Notes under the pieces: generated by a model
What the model was told of the DNA's origin: nothing
The model's database searches: none
Seen by the model: only the letters and a program-made list of their open reading frames with translations
Source of the DNA: an uncultured Planctomycetota bacterium
Lineage (GTDB): Bacteria; Planctomycetota; Planctomycetia; Gemmatales; Gemmataceae
NCBI GenBank assembly: GCA_963849325.1
Contig: CAWKHF010000002.1
Location: forward strand, 128,001-192,000
DNA: 64,000 bases
Direction of reading: 5' to 3'
Position numbers and translations under genes: made by a program
Part shown: positions 34,226-45,352 of the stretch, one piece after another
How positions within the stretch are numbered: position 1 is the stretch's first letter
Layout: each line of letters begins with the position of its first letter

Positions 34226-34703
34226 GACGGCACAAATTCCGCTGTGTACAAGGGAAAAAACGTGCCCGCACAGGGGCGCTGAAGGATGCACAGGTTCGGC
34301 CGCCAATCCCACGGCCGCGACCATCAGGCGCGGCGAGGTCGGCGTGTTCGACGCCCAAACCCGAAACCGCGCGGGTGGTGGAGAGTCATCGCGGAAACCG
34401 GACGATACGAGTCCAGGAATAAGGGCGACTTCGCGAAGCTCAAATGCTCCGCCGGGACCGACAGGATCATCACCTGCGATCCGCCAGGAATGTCCAGCGC
34501 GACCCGGACGAAAGGCAACCGCGTCAAAGGCCGTACAGCCCCGCGGCTTTATGGTCTCATCGACGTCCGCGCGACCTATTCCTCAACCCGAACTCCGAGA
34601 GTGCCAATCCTACCTCGGATGCAAGGAGGAGGGCGGTTGGTGAAGATAGGGACGGGACATGATCGCACAATCGCGGAAGACAATTCACCTTGATCTATTT
34701 GGC

Positions 34704-34732
34704 AGTCTAAGGTTGGTTCCGCCGACTGTCAA
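34704..34732 (-). promoter_or_regulatory. Putative sigma-70 promoter upstream of polA
   Basis: Minus strand TTGACA-N17-TAGACT. Confidence 0.55.
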
Positions 34733-34950
34733 GTCCTCTTGTGCCGCGAGGCGCGGCACGAATCCCCGGGGCCGCACCTTCCCCGGAAGGGCGGACAACG
34801 ATTCGGCTCTCTTTTCGATCGATCCGCCGAAATCGTTTCCTCCTTCCACGAAAGCGCGTATAATTCCCTTGAAAGTCCCCCAGTCTCCGTCCAAGATAAG
34901 AACATCCTGCTCGATGCTCTCTCCGCGACGAACCCGCCGGAATCAACCTC

Positions 34951-36120
34951 ATGAAGCGCTGGACAACGGTTACAACCTTCCTCGCCGTCCTGATAGCGGC
35001 TGCGGGGCTGCCTTCCCTCGTTGACGCCGCCGGCACCGCCATGGTGCCGGAACAGCGGAAGCTCCGGGAGTTGGTGCAGCGCCTGGGCGACACCGACTTT
35101 CAGGCGCGGGAACAGGCCAGCCAGGAACTGTTACGGATTGGCCTGCCGGCCAAGCAAGTCCTGGTAGAGGGGGCGAAGGCTCTCGACCTGGAAGTGCGGC
35201 GGCGCTGCCGCGAGTTGCTGCCGGAGGTTCTGGAGACCGATCGGCAGGCGAGGCTGGCGGCCTTCATCGCCGACAAGGACGGCAAGCAGAAACACGACCT
35301 GGCCGGCTGGTCGCGTTACCGGGACGTCGTCGGCGCCGACACCGCCGCCCGTCAATTGTTCGTCGAGATGCACAAGTGCGACACCGGCTTCCTCGCCGAC
35401 GTGGACAACGACCCCGAGCACGCCGGGGCGCAGTGGGCCAGCCTGTGCCAGAGCGTCTTTCAGAGGCTCTTCGCCAACCGCACTCCGGCCATCCAGCAGG
35501 TGCCGATGGGCGAGATCGCTTCCTTGCTGCTAGTCGCCGCCGATCCGAAAGTGCGCATTCCCGATCAGCAGCGCTACCTTCTTTTTAGCATCCTTCAGTA
35601 CCATGCGACTGCGCAGAACACCTTGCGGAACCGCGCGGCCTCGCCGTTCAAGAAGATCGTGCTGGCGTGGATCGAGCGGCAGGCCGACGACGAGATGGGT
35701 TTGCACCAGGTTTTCCACCTGCTCAACAACCTGGAGATGCGCGAAGGTCTGGATTTCGCCTTGAAGGTCATCCGCGACAAGAAGCCGCAGGGGATGATCC
35801 TGGCGACGGCCCTGACGACGGTGGGCAAGTTCGGCGACAAACAGCACGTGGCCGTGCTCGAGCTGTTCCTTCACGACAACACGGCGATCGGCAACTTCAA
35901 CCTCGGCAACGTGCGCGGCACCACGCAGGTCCGCGACGCGGCCCTGGCGATGATGGTCCGCCTGACCAAACAATCGCACAAGGACTACGGCTTCGCCGTC
36001 AGCCGCTTCAACAACGAGCACCTGATGGCCTATGCCAATTTCCTCGGCTTCAGCGACGACGATCAGCGCAACAAGGCGTTCGAGAAATGGAAGGGCTGGA
36101 AGGCCGCCCAGAAGAAGTAA
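34951..36120 (+). CDS. Secreted HEAT-repeat-like hypothetical protein
   Basis: Signal peptide; LVQRLGDTDFQAREQASQELL...DLEVRRRC. Confidence 0.8.
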   Translation: MKRWTTVTTFLAVLIAAAGLPSLVDAAGTAMVPEQRKLRELVQRLGDTDFQAREQASQELLRIGLPAKQVLVEGAKALDLEVRRRCRELLPEVLETDRQARLAAFIADKDGKQKHDLAGWSRYRDVVGADTAARQLFVEMHKCDTGFLADVDNDPEHAGAQWASLCQSVFQRLFANRTPAIQQVPMGEIASLLLVAADPKVRIPDQQRYLLFSILQYHATAQNTLRNRAASPFKKIVLAWIERQADDEMGLHQVFHLLNNLEMREGLDFALKVIRDKKPQGMILATALTTVGKFGDKQHVAVLELFLHDNTAIGNFNLGNVRGTTQVRDAALAMMVRLTKQSHKDYGFAVSRFNNEHLMAYANFLGFSDDDQRNKAFEKWKGWKAAQKK

Positions 36121-36207
36121 TCGCCAGCCAGGCACACGACGGTTCACCAGTCGCGTTGACTTCCCTTCGCCGCGCCTCTACCCTACAGGAGAGGGTTCCT
36201 AACCAGG

Positions 36208-36597
36208 GTGCTTTTGTCGTGTTTCACTTGCGCAATCCTGATGGTCCTGATCGCCATTCGGCTGTTGATGCCGCCGGGGATCTGCGTGTGCAAATGGAGT
36301 TCGCCCGCCGCGCGCTTGCTGGTCGCGCTGCTGCAAAGCGAACGGCCGATCCCGGTCGAGGAGGAGCGCGACGACGACGATCACGCCCCCGGTTGCCCCG
36401 CCTCCCCGCTGGCCGTCGGCATGGGCGTCAAGCCCTCGACGCAACCGCTGTTGCCCCCCGGTCTGTCCCTCGATCCGCCTCCGCCGCTCGAATCGATACC
36501 ATCGTTTCCCGCCGTCTGCTCCGACGCGGAAACCTCCGGCCGCTTCGACCCTCCGCCAAGTCCTCTCTATCTGACACTCCGCGCACTCCTCCTTTAA
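36208..36597 (+). CDS. Small hypothetical protein upstream of the metal RND pump
   Basis: Hydrophobic N-terminus, CVC, DDDDHAPGCP; start uncertain. Confidence 0.6.
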   Translation: MLLSCFTCAILMVLIAIRLLMPPGICVCKWSSPAARLLVALLQSERPIPVEEERDDDDHAPGCPASPLAVGMGVKPSTQPLLPPGLSLDPPPPLESIPSFPAVCSDAETSGRFDPPPSPLYLTLRALLL

Positions 36598-36611
36598 CGG
36601 CCACTCATCGG

Positions 36612-36726
36612 CAGTTCTGAGTTCTGAGTTCTGAGTTCTGAGTGAAAACAGAACTCCGAACTCTTCATTCAGAACTCCGAACTCCGAACTCTTCACGCAG
36701 AACTCAGAACTCAGAACTCAGAACTG
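36612..36726. repeat. Heptamer inverted element (AGTTCTG family)
   Basis: 4x AGTTCTG, GAGTGAAAA, then many C(A/C)GAACT units. Confidence 0.95.
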
Positions 36727-36735
36727 GAGACGCGG

Positions 36736-38075
36736 ATGCCGTCCCGAGTACCCCGTCTGTTGTCGATGCTCCTGGCCCAGTTGCCGACCGTGCTCACCCT
36801 GGCCGTCCTCGGCGGAGTGGGCTGGTGGGGGTATATCTGGGAGTGGAAAATCCCGCCCTGCCCGTGCTGCTGCGCCGCGAGGCGGACAAGACGGAGGAAA
36901 CCAAGAAAAAAGAAGAGAAGGAAGTATCCGGCAGCGTGGACCAACCGCTGCCGCTGGTGCCGCTGCCCTCGGAAGAAGCGGCGGAGGCGGCCGGAATCAA
37001 GGTGACGGCGGTCGAGGAGAGAGACGTCGGCGAATACGTAACGGCCTTTGGCGAGATCGATTTCGACCAGAACCGCTACGCTCACCTGTCCAGCCGCGCC
37101 GCCGGCACGGCCTGGAGCGTGCAGAAGAACGCCGGCGACCAGGTGAAGAAGGGCGAGGTGTTGGCCCTGATCGCCGCGCCGGAGTTGGCGAAGATCAAGT
37201 TCGATTTGCAGCAGACGCTGTTGCTGGTCGATACGCGCGCCCGTCTGTTGCGGCGCCGGAGAGAAACCAAGGGCGCCATTGCGCCGCAGCTGGTTGATGA
37301 GGCCGAAGCATCCCTGCGCAAAGCGCGGATTCGCCTGTTCGGCTACCAGCAGTCGCTCCAGGATCTCGGCCTGACCGTCCATCACGAGGACCTGGCCAAG
37401 CTGAGCGAGGAAGAGATCGCCGTCCGCTTGCGCACGCTGGGCATTCCCGACTCGCTGTTGCAGCGACTCGATGCCGCCACGCTGACGAGCAATCTGCTGC
37501 CGATGTACGCGCCGTTCGACGGCGTGGTCGTCAAGCGTGACATCGTCACCGGCGAAATCGTCAACACGACGACGCCGCAATTCGTGGTCGCCGACGTGCG
37601 CCGGCTGTGGCTGCTGTTGCACGTGCGCCTGGAGGATGCCGATCCGCTGGCCGAGCGCCAGGACGTCGCCTTCGATCTCGACGGACCCGGAGGCAAAGCT
37701 CCGCCGACCAAGGTCGCCTGGGTCAGTGCCGAGGTGGACGAGAAGACGCGAACCGTCACCGTGCGTGCCGACGTGCCCAACCCCGATGGCCGACTGCGGC
37801 CGCACACTCTGGGCACCGGCCGTATCCTCGTCGGCCAAGCTCGCCGGCGGATCGTGCCTAACGAGGCGTTGCAATTCGATGGCCAATCCCACCTCGTCTT
37901 CGCGCGAGGCGAGTCGGCCACGGAGTATCAGCCGCTGCGCGTGAAGCTGGGGCCGCGCCACGATGCCTTCACGGAGATCGTCTCCGGCGTGCGGGCGGGA
38001 CAACTCATCGCCACGTCCGGCAGTCACGTGCTGCTGTCTGAACTGCTCAAGAAACGCATCGGCGGCGAGGATTGA
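36736..38075 (+). CDS. RND efflux periplasmic adaptor, CzcB-like (frameshift near 36858)
   Basis: N-terminal TM helix; GDQVKKGEVL, APFDGVV, VDEKTRTVTVRA. Confidence 0.85.
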
Positions 38076-38082
38076 GGAAAAA

Positions 38083-38168
38083 AATTAACCACAGATGAAC
38101 ACAGATGAATACAGATAAAAATCCAAGAATTTGAATCCGTGTTTATCTGTGTTCATCTGTGGTTAATT
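38083..38168. repeat. Nonamer inverted element (CACAGATGA-type)
   Basis: TTAACCACAGATGAACACAGATGAATACAGAT...ATCTGTGTTCATCTGTGGTTAA; related to 2616-2699. Confidence 0.9.
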
Positions 38169-38184
38169 CTTTTTTGGAGAGGGC

Positions 38185-41100
38185 ATGCTTAACGCCATCA
38201 TCGATTGGTCGCTGCGGAACCGTTTCCTCGTGCTGGGCGGCGCGTTGGTCTTTATCGTCCTGGGGGCGTGGTCGCTGTCGCAGCTCGACATCGACGCCTT
38301 CCCCGACACGACGCCGGTGCAGGTGCAGATCAACACCATCGCGCCCGGCCTGGCCCCGGAGGAGGTCGAACGGCAAATCACCTTCCCCGTCGAGCAGGCC
38401 ATCAACGGTCTGCCGCGCTTGCAGCAGCTTCGCTCCATCTCCAAGTTCGGCATCTCGCAGGTCGTCGTCGTCTTCGCCGACGGCACCGACATTTTTTTCG
38501 CCCGCCAGATGGTCAACGAACGGCTGAGCATCGCCGAGATCCCCGAAGGCATCCCGCGACCGAAGATGGGCCCCGTCGCCACCGGACTGGGGGAGGTCTT
38601 CCACTATCTTGCGGTGCCGAAAGAGGGAGAGCAGGTCGAGGAACTGACGCACCTGCGCACGGTCCAGGATTGGGTCATCAAGCCGGCCATGCGCACGGTG
38701 CCGGGCACCGCCGAGATCAACGGCTGGGGCGGCTACGAGAAGCAGTACCAGGTGCGCATCAAGTCGGAGGCGCTGCTGCACTATGAGATTTCGTTCGAGC
38801 AGGTGATGCAGGCGGTGCGCGCCAACAACCTGGCGGCCGGCGGCGGCAACATCCAGCAGGCCGGGGCCATGTACCTGATCCGCGGCCTGGCCCGCACCGT
38901 CAACGTGGACGAGATCAAGAAGATCATCGTCACCACGCCGCGGCCGGGCGTGCCGGTGCGCGTCGGCGACGTGGCCGACGTCGAGATCGGCCACGACATC
39001 CGCCTGGGCGGCGTCACCAGCCAGGGACGCGGCGAAGTCGTCCTCGGTCTGTGTTTCATGCTCATGGGCGAGAACAGCCACGAAGTCACCGACCGCCTCA
39101 AGGGCAAGCTCGACGACGTGAAAAAAACGCTGCCGCCCGACGTGAAACTGGTCACGGCTTACGACCGCACTCGGCTAGTCGATAAGGTCATCCACACCGT
39201 TTACAAGAACCTGTTCGAGGGCGGTCTACTGGTCGTCGCCGTGCTGTTCATTTTCCTGGGCAACTTGCGGGCGGGCCTCATCGTGGCGTTGGCGATCCCG
39301 ATCTCCATGCTGTTCGCCTTCTGCGGCATGTGGCGCTTCGGCATCGCCGGTAGTCTGCTCAGTCTCGGCGCCATCGACTTCGGCCTGGTGGTCGATAGCT
39401 CCGTGGTCATGGTCGAGAACGTGGTGCGCCACCTGGCCCACGACAAGAACGACCTGCGCAGCCGGCTCGCTATCGTCCGCGACGCCGCCGTCGAGGTGCG
39501 AACGCCGACCATGTTCGGCGAGCTGATTATCATGATCGTCTACCTGCCGATCCTGACGCTGCAAGGCGTCGAGGGTAAGCTGTTTCGACCCATGGCGCTG
39601 ACGGTGATTTTCGCCCTCGTCGGCTCGCTGATTTTGTCGCTGACCTTCATGCCGGTGCTGACGAGTCTGCTGCTGCCGCGCCACCTGGAAGAGAAAGACC
39701 CCTGGCTGGTGCGTCTGGCCCGCTGGGGTTACGCCCCGGTCCTGCGCTACGCCCTGCGGCACGGCGTCGCCGTGCTCGTTCTCGCCGTGGCCGCCCTGCT
39801 TTTCGGTGCCCTGCTGGCCCTCAATCGCGGCGGCGAGTTCGTGCCGCAGCTGTCGGAGGGAGCGCTGGTCATTAACATCCGCCGCCTGGCCGGTACGGAC
39901 CTCAACGAGTCGCTGCGCTACAACACGGCCATGGAGAAATTGCTGCTGGCGAAGTTCCCCGAGGAGATCGAGCGCGTCTGGAGCCGCTGCGGCACCGCCG
40001 AGGTCGCCACCGATCCGATGGGACCGGAAGAAACGGACATGTTCATCACTCTCAAGCCGCGCGAACAGTGGACCGTCCAGACCAAGGAAGGCGAGCCGGT
40101 CACGACGCAGGAAGAGCTAGTGAAGCTCATCCGCGAGGAGTTCGAGGACCTTCCCGGCCAGCGCCTGTCCATCACCCAGCCGATCCAGCAGCGCATCGAC
40201 GAGATGACCTCCGGCGCCAAGGCGCAGGTGGTCGTCAAGCTATTCGGCGACGACTTCGACACGCTGAAGAACACCGGCGACGAGTTGGCCCGCGTGCTGC
40301 GCAGCATTGCCGGCAACGCCGATGTCAACGTCGATCAGATCACCGGCCTTCCCGTCTTGCAGATCCAGGTCCGGCAGACGGAGCTGGCCCGCTATAACGT
40401 GACGGCGCGATCGGTACTGGACCTGGTGGAATCGCTGGGCGGCAAACCGCTGGGCGAGGTGGTCGAAGGGCAGTTGCGCTTTCCGCTGGTAGTGCGTCTG
40501 CCGGAACGGCTGCGCGCCAGTCCCCAGGCCATCGGCGCCATCCTGGTCACGACCTCGACCGGCGAACGAGTGCCGCTGTCGCGCCTGGCCGAGGTGAAGC
40601 TGGTGGAAGGGCCGGCGCAGATCTCGCGCGAGTGGGGCCAGCGCGTCATCGCCGTGCAGTGCAACGTCAGCGACCGCGACATCGAAAGTTTCGTGGCCGA
40701 GGCGAAACAGAAGATCGCGGCCGGCGTCAAGCTGCCGCCCGGCCGCTATCGCCTCGAATGGGGCGGACAGTTCGAGAACCTAGAGCGAGCCAAGACGCGG
40801 TTGCTGATCGTGGTGCCCGTCGCCCTGACGCTGATCTTCGTGCTGTTGTACATCACCTATAACCGGCTGGGCGACGTGCTACTGGTGTTCTCCGGCGTTC
40901 TGTTCGCCAGCGTCGGCGGCGTGCTGGCGTTGTGGCTGCGCGACTTGCCGTTCTCGATCTCGGCCGGCGTCGGCTTCATTGCCCTGTCGGGCGTGTCGGT
41001 GCTCAACAGTATGGTGCTGGTGACGTTCATTCGTCAGCTCCGCGACCGCGGCGTGCCGATGGACCGGGCCATCGAGGAGGCGGCGTTGACGCGGCTGCGG

Positions 41101-41298
41101 CCGGTGTTGATGACGGCGCTGGTGGCCAGTCTCGGTTTCGTGCCCATGGCGCTGAGCACGGGTGTCGGCGCCGAGGTACAGAGACCGCTGGCCACCGTCG
41201 TCATCGGCGGCGTCCTCAGCAGCACGCTGTTGACGCTGTTGGTGCTGCCGGTGCTGTATCACTTCTTCGGTCCGGCGAGGGCGGAGACCGCGTCTTGA
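38185..41298 (+). CDS. CusA/CzcA family heavy-metal efflux RND transporter
   Basis: IDAFPDTTPVQVQI, LSLGAIDFG, RLRPVLMTA, EVQRPLATVVIGG. Confidence 0.95.
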   Translation: MLNAIIDWSLRNRFLVLGGALVFIVLGAWSLSQLDIDAFPDTTPVQVQINTIAPGLAPEEVERQITFPVEQAINGLPRLQQLRSISKFGISQVVVVFADGTDIFFARQMVNERLSIAEIPEGIPRPKMGPVATGLGEVFHYLAVPKEGEQVEELTHLRTVQDWVIKPAMRTVPGTAEINGWGGYEKQYQVRIKSEALLHYEISFEQVMQAVRANNLAAGGGNIQQAGAMYLIRGLARTVNVDEIKKIIVTTPRPGVPVRVGDVADVEIGHDIRLGGVTSQGRGEVVLGLCFMLMGENSHEVTDRLKGKLDDVKKTLPPDVKLVTAYDRTRLVDKVIHTVYKNLFEGGLLVVAVLFIFLGNLRAGLIVALAIPISMLFAFCGMWRFGIAGSLLSLGAIDFGLVVDSSVVMVENVVRHLAHDKNDLRSRLAIVRDAAVEVRTPTMFGELIIMIVYLPILTLQGVEGKLFRPMALTVIFALVGSLILSLTFMPVLTSLLLPRHLEEKDPWLVRLARWGYAPVLRYALRHGVAVLVLAVAALLFGALLALNRGGEFVPQLSEGALVINIRRLAGTDLNESLRYNTAMEKLLLAKFPEEIERVWSRCGTAEVATDPMGPEETDMFITLKPREQWTVQTKEGEPVTTQEELVKLIREEFEDLPGQRLSITQPIQQRIDEMTSGAKAQVVVKLFGDDFDTLKNTGDELARVLRSIAGNADVNVDQITGLPVLQIQVRQTELARYNVTARSVLDLVESLGGKPLGEVVEGQLRFPLVVRLPERLRASPQAIGAILVTTSTGERVPLSRLAEVKLVEGPAQISREWGQRVIAVQCNVSDRDIESFVAEAKQKIAAGVKLPPGRYRLEWGGQFENLERAKTRLLIVVPVALTLIFVLLYITYNRLGDVLLVFSGVLFASVGGVLALWLRDLPFSISAGVGFIALSGVSVLNSMVLVTFIRQLRDRGVPMDRAIEEAALTRLRPVLMTALVASLGFVPMALSTGVGAEVQRPLATVVIGGVLSSTLLTLLVLPVLYHFFGPARAETAS

Positions 41299-41363
41299 CC
41301 GAGGCGCGGATAGACAATTCACGTCCGCACGGGTAGACTGCGGATGGACTTTGCGAAGAGGAG

Positions 41364-41660
41364 ATGCCAATCATGCAAATGCACTTGCCGAAAGAGTTGG
41401 AAGAGTTGGTCCAGGAACTGATCGACAACGGCTTGTATCCCACGCGGGAGGAGGTCATCCACAGCGCCCTGTGGTTGCTCCGAGACAGCTATGCGTTGTA
41501 CAAGGTCAAACGGGACGAGTTGCGGGATCTGCTCGATGTCGGCATTCAGCAGGCCGAACGCGGCCAGCTGGCTCCGCTGGACATGGAAACGATCAAGGCC
41601 AAGGCCGCTCTTCGCCTGCAGCAGGAACAAGCCCAGGACGCAGCCGCATGCCGCAAGTGA
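41364..41660 (+). CDS. ParD-family antitoxin
   Basis: GLYPTREEVIHSAL RHH-like motif; overlaps the toxin start. Confidence 0.8.
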   Translation: MPIMQMHLPKELEELVQELIDNGLYPTREEVIHSALWLLRDSYALYKVKRDELRDLLDVGIQQAERGQLAPLDMETIKAKAALRLQQEQAQDAAACRK

Positions 41661-41947
41661 ATCGAAGCGATCAGGCAGAACTCGACCTGATCGACATCCT
41701 CGTCCATCTAGGTCGCCACAGTCCTGCGGTGGCCAATCGCTTCGCGGATGAAGTGGAGAGAAAGTGTCAATTGCTCGCACAATTCCCCGGCATGGGAACG
41801 GCACGCGATGATCTCCGACCGGGACTGCGTGCCTTCGCCGTTGGCAGCTACGTGATCTTCTACCAGACGGCGGACGACGGCATCCGCATCCTGCGCATCC
41901 TGCACGGCGCCCGCAATCTCTCTCCCTCTCTTTTCAACGTTCCCTGA
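41648..41947 (+). CDS. RelE/ParE family toxin
   Basis: AELDLIDI, FPGMG, YVIFY, ILRILHGAR. Confidence 0.9.
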   Translation: MPQVNRSDQAELDLIDILVHLGRHSPAVANRFADEVERKCQLLAQFPGMGTARDDLRPGLRAFAVGSYVIFYQTADDGIRILRILHGARNLSPSLFNVP

Positions 41948-41962
41948 AAGGCAAACGTCGGC

Positions 41963-42847
41963 TCACCAGTCGGAAGGCATCGGCCGACCATCCGCGGGTT
42001 GGACTGCGAGCCACCAGGTCGGTTGGGAAACCGCCGTGGAGACGCCGCGTACACTGCCATCCATCAGCGCTGTCTGACAGGTAGCAGTATGCGACGTACT
42101 CGGGCGGGTGGGATCGCACTTGCTGTTCCACGGATTGGGCTGGAACAGCGGGGCCGAGGTGAAGTTGCCTCCCCACGGCGAGTTGGCGAAGGTCACGCCC
42201 CACTGATTGGGATTGCCATACCAGGCCCACAGGTTGCCGTACAGGCCACAAGCGGCGTAACGCTCGGTGAAACTGACGGTGTTCGAGGCGCCATCCGGGA
42301 TGTTGCCGACGTTATACAGGGCGGCGTAGGTGGTGCCGCGAGCGGTAGCTTGTTGCGACATGCCGAACAATTGGAAGTTGGCGGCGTAACAGGAAGCGGC
42401 CCAGGCATTGGTCTGGTTCGCGGCGAAGCCGTTGCTGACGCTCGGGTCCGATGGACAGAGGAACGTCTTGACGACCACCGACCGCACCGTGCCGGTGGGA
42501 GCGCCGGCCGAGGGACCATCGTAGAAATTCCCGTCGGTCGTGGTCATTCCCTGGTTGTAGAGGTTCTGTTGTTCGAGGTAGGGCAAGAGGAGCGACAAGA
42601 GGTTGGCCGTGACGGGCACGGTGTTGAGGGCCGGGGGCAGCGCGTTGTTGTAGGTGCTGGCGTAGTTCTGGACCGCGATACCGAGTTGTTTGAGATTGTT
42701 GCCGCACTGCATCCGCGCGGCGGCCTCGCGGACCTTTTGCACGGCGGGCAACAGCAGGCCGATGAGGATGGCGATGATGGCGATCACCACCAACAGCTCA
42801 ATCAGTGTGAAACCTTCCTTCCACTGTCTGGCACTTCTCCGAAACAT
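41963..42847 (-). CDS. DUF1559 prepilin-type N-methylation domain protein
   Basis: [44 protein letters not shown]9-DG. Confidence 0.95.
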   Translation of the reverse strand: MFRRSARQWKEGFTLIELLVVIAIIAILIGLLLPAVQKVREAAARMQCGNNLKQLGIAVQNYASTYNNALPPALNTVPVTANLLSLLLPYLEQQNLYNQGMTTTDGNFYDGPSAGAPTGTVRSVVVKTFLCPSDPSVSNGFAANQTNAWAASCYAANFQLFGMSQQATARGTTYAALYNVGNIPDGASNTVSFTERYAACGLYGNLWAWYGNPNQWGVTFANSPWGGNFTSAPLFQPNPWNSKCDPTRPSTSHTATCQTALMDGSVRGVSTAVSQPTWWLAVQPADGRPMPSDW

Positions 42848-42972
42848 GGCCGGCCCCTACTGCGCGGAGTATTGTGAGGGCCTTTGTAATCCATTCCGTT
42901 TCGGAAGTATAACCCGACTGTCTCCTCTCGCAAGAGAAAAAACAGCGTCCGCCCTTTTTCCCCTTTTTCGGA

Positions 42973-44427
42973 TCAAACGCGGACGTCGGCGGTCTGTCCG
43001 AGCAAATGTCGATAGCGCTGCCGAATCGGCTCGACTTCCCCGGCGAGAAACTCGTCCACCTGCTGCGGCGCCCGGCCAACGAATTGGCCGCGGTCGAGCA
43101 CGGACTCGAAGTCCACGCCGGCCAGCAGCGGGTCAGCGCGGAGACGGTCGAGCAGATCGTTGTCGCGGGCGCCGGCCTTCAGGGCGGCGGTGACAGCATG
43201 ACTGTGGCGGCGGATACACTCGTGGACGGCCTGCCGATCACCGCCCCGCGCCACGGCCGCCATCAAGAGGTTCTCCGTCGCCATGTACGGAAAGATCTCG
43301 TCCACGTTCCGCGCGATCACCTCCGGATTGACGACCAGGCCATTGCTGACGTTCAGGGCCAGTCGCAGCACGGCGTCGGCGCTGAGAAACGCCTGCGGCA
43401 GCGTCAGGCGGCGGTTGACGCTGTCGTCCAGCGTGCGCTCCAGCCATTGCGTCGCCGCCGTCTGCGCGGCGCTGACCGACAGACTGACGAGGAAGCGCGA
43501 CAGGCCGCACAGGCGCTCGGCTCGCATCGGATTGCGCTTGTACGCCATCGCCGACGAGCCGACCTGGTCCGCCTCAAACGGCTCATCAATCTCCTGCCGG
43601 TGTGACAGCAGCCGCAGGTCGGTGCCGAACTTGTGGGCGCTCTGCCCCAGGCCGGACAGGGCGTCGAGGATCTGGCTATCGACCTTGCGCGAGTAGGTCT
43701 GTCCTGTGACGGGGTAGACAGACTCGAAACCCATCTTACGGGCGACCAGGTCGTCCAGCCGGCGGACGCGCTCGTGATCGCCGCGAAAGAGGGCGAGGAA
43801 GCTGGCCTGCGTTCCGGTGGTGCCCTTTGCTCCCCGGAAGCGGAGCGAATCCAGGCGGTGCTCCAGCTCGTGCAAGTCGAGTACGAAATCGTAGCACCAC
43901 AGGCAGGCGCGCTTGCCGACGGTCGTGAGCTGGGCCGGCTGGAAGTGCGTGAAGCCGAGCGTGGCCAGGTCGCGCCAGCGGGCGGCGAATCGCGCCAGCG
44001 CATCGATGACGCCGACGAGACGATCGCGCAACAGGCCCAGCCCCTCGCGCAGCAGAATCAGATCGGTGTTGTCGGTGACGTAGCAGCTCGTCGCCCCCAG
44101 GTGAATGATCTCGCGCGCGTCGGGACAGACTTCGCCATACGTCTCGATGTGGGCCATGACGTCGTGGCGTCGCCGTCGTTCGTGGACTTCGGCCCGAGCG
44201 AAATCGATGTCCTCGACGTGCGCCCGCATCTGTTCGAGCTGGGCCGGTGTGATGCGCGGCGTGACGCCATCGTCGTCGAGCAGCCCCAGCTCGTGCTGTG
44301 CCTCGGCCAGCGCGACCCAAAGCCGGCGCCAGGTCGAGAACTTGCGCTGCGGACCCCACAGCTCGGCCATCTCGCGGCTGGCATATCGACTCACCAGAGG
44401 ATTGTCGTAAACCTGAAAGGAATCCAT
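42973..44427 (-). CDS. purB: Adenylosuccinate lyase
   Basis: [32 protein letters not shown]. Confidence 0.95.
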   Translation of the reverse strand: MDSFQVYDNPLVSRYASREMAELWGPQRKFSTWRRLWVALAEAQHELGLLDDDGVTPRITPAQLEQMRAHVEDIDFARAEVHERRRRHDVMAHIETYGEVCPDAREIIHLGATSCYVTDNTDLILLREGLGLLRDRLVGVIDALARFAARWRDLATLGFTHFQPAQLTTVGKRACLWCYDFVLDLHELEHRLDSLRFRGAKGTTGTQASFLALFRGDHERVRRLDDLVARKMGFESVYPVTGQTYSRKVDSQILDALSGLGQSAHKFGTDLRLLSHRQEIDEPFEADQVGSSAMAYKRNPMRAERLCGLSRFLVSLSVSAAQTAATQWLERTLDDSVNRRLTLPQAFLSADAVLRLALNVSNGLVVNPEVIARNVDEIFPYMATENLLMAAVARGGDRQAVHECIRRHSHAVTAALKAGARDNDLLDRLRADPLLAGVDFESVLDRGQFVGRAPQQVDEFLAGEVEPIRQRYRHLLGQTADVRV

Positions 44428-44622
44428 GCTCTCCTCTCGTCCGCGTGTTCGCTCTCGGCCGAAATCTCGGCACGGCGAGCAATCCGCTCGGAAGTGCTAT
44501 TTCCGGTCGTCTCCAAGCCTTTTTTATGGCTGCGGCCATCGTTCGTCGCCGCACCGCGATGGTTTGACGGGTAGAGTACAGCAGGAGGAGATTCCATCGT
44601 CTCGTCAAGGAGGATCTCGATC

Positions 44623-45165
44623 ATGCCGCGCATGGCTTTCATCGGAAAAATCGTTACTCTCGGTGTGGTTGTGTGGATCGGCGCCGTCGGTTCAGCCCAC
44701 GGGCAGGATCGCGCCGGCGCGGCGGGGATGGGCGCGGCCGTCGCTCAGCCGGCGCCGGGAGCGATGGTTCAGCCACCCGGCGGCGGCGTCATCCCGCCTG
44801 CGGGCGGCGTTATCCCCCCCGGCGGCGCGGGAGTCGGTGTGGGGGGCGGGCTGGCCGCGCCGGCGGCCGGCAATCTCGGCATCGGCACCATTCCGATCAC
44901 GCCGCCTACGCCGCCCATCGGCTATTACGCCCCTCGACCCGCCGAATACAACATGGGAAAATTTTTCTACTATCCCTATTACTATTATCCACATAGTTAC
45001 TGGCCGACCGAGACCTGTAAGTGGCCGGAGCGGCCCGGACAGGCGTACATGCGGCCGCCGGCCTACATGACGTACCCGCCCTTCATGGAACCGAACTGGC
45101 GTTACGAGTGGTACACGCCGCAGCACTACTACCGCGGCTTCCATTTCTGGCTCGATCAATTCTGA
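44623..45165 (+). CDS. Secreted Gly/Pro- and Tyr-rich hypothetical protein
   Basis: AGGAGG RBS, signal peptide, FFYYPYYYYPHSYWP...HFWLDQF. Confidence 0.7.
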   Translation: MPRMAFIGKIVTLGVVVWIGAVGSAHGQDRAGAAGMGAAVAQPAPGAMVQPPGGGVIPPAGGVIPPGGAGVGVGGGLAAPAAGNLGIGTIPITPPTPPIGYYAPRPAEYNMGKFFYYPYYYYPHSYWPTETCKWPERPGQAYMRPPAYMTYPPFMEPNWRYEWYTPQHYYRGFHFWLDQF

Positions 45166-45172
45166 TCGAAGG

Positions 45173-45252
45173 AGGGAATAGGGAATAGGGAGTAGGGAAT
45201 AGGGAATAGGAGCGAGGCTTCTCTCGTTCCTATTCCCTATTCCCTATTCCCT
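45173..45252. repeat. Heptamer inverted element (GGGAATA)n...(TATTCCC)n
   Basis: About 5x GGGAATA then 3x TATTCCC. Confidence 0.9.
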
Positions 45253-45269
45253 CTTCTCCGCGGCTGCAA

Positions 45270-45297
45270 TTGACAGGGTGAGGGCACTTACTACAAT
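45270..45297 (+). promoter_or_regulatory. Putative sigma-70 promoter for lysS
   Basis: TTGACA-N16-TACAAT. Confidence 0.6.
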
Positions 45298-45352
45298 CCA
45301 TGTCTCACCCGTGATGCACCTTCGCGCCGTTTCCGAACGAGAGGCGACAACC

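Noticed and set aside
34515-34555. c-di-GMP-I riboswitch-like segment (AAAGCCGCGG...GGTTGCC) on the minus strand
   Set aside because: The upstream GGCAAAC/GNRA stem is missing.
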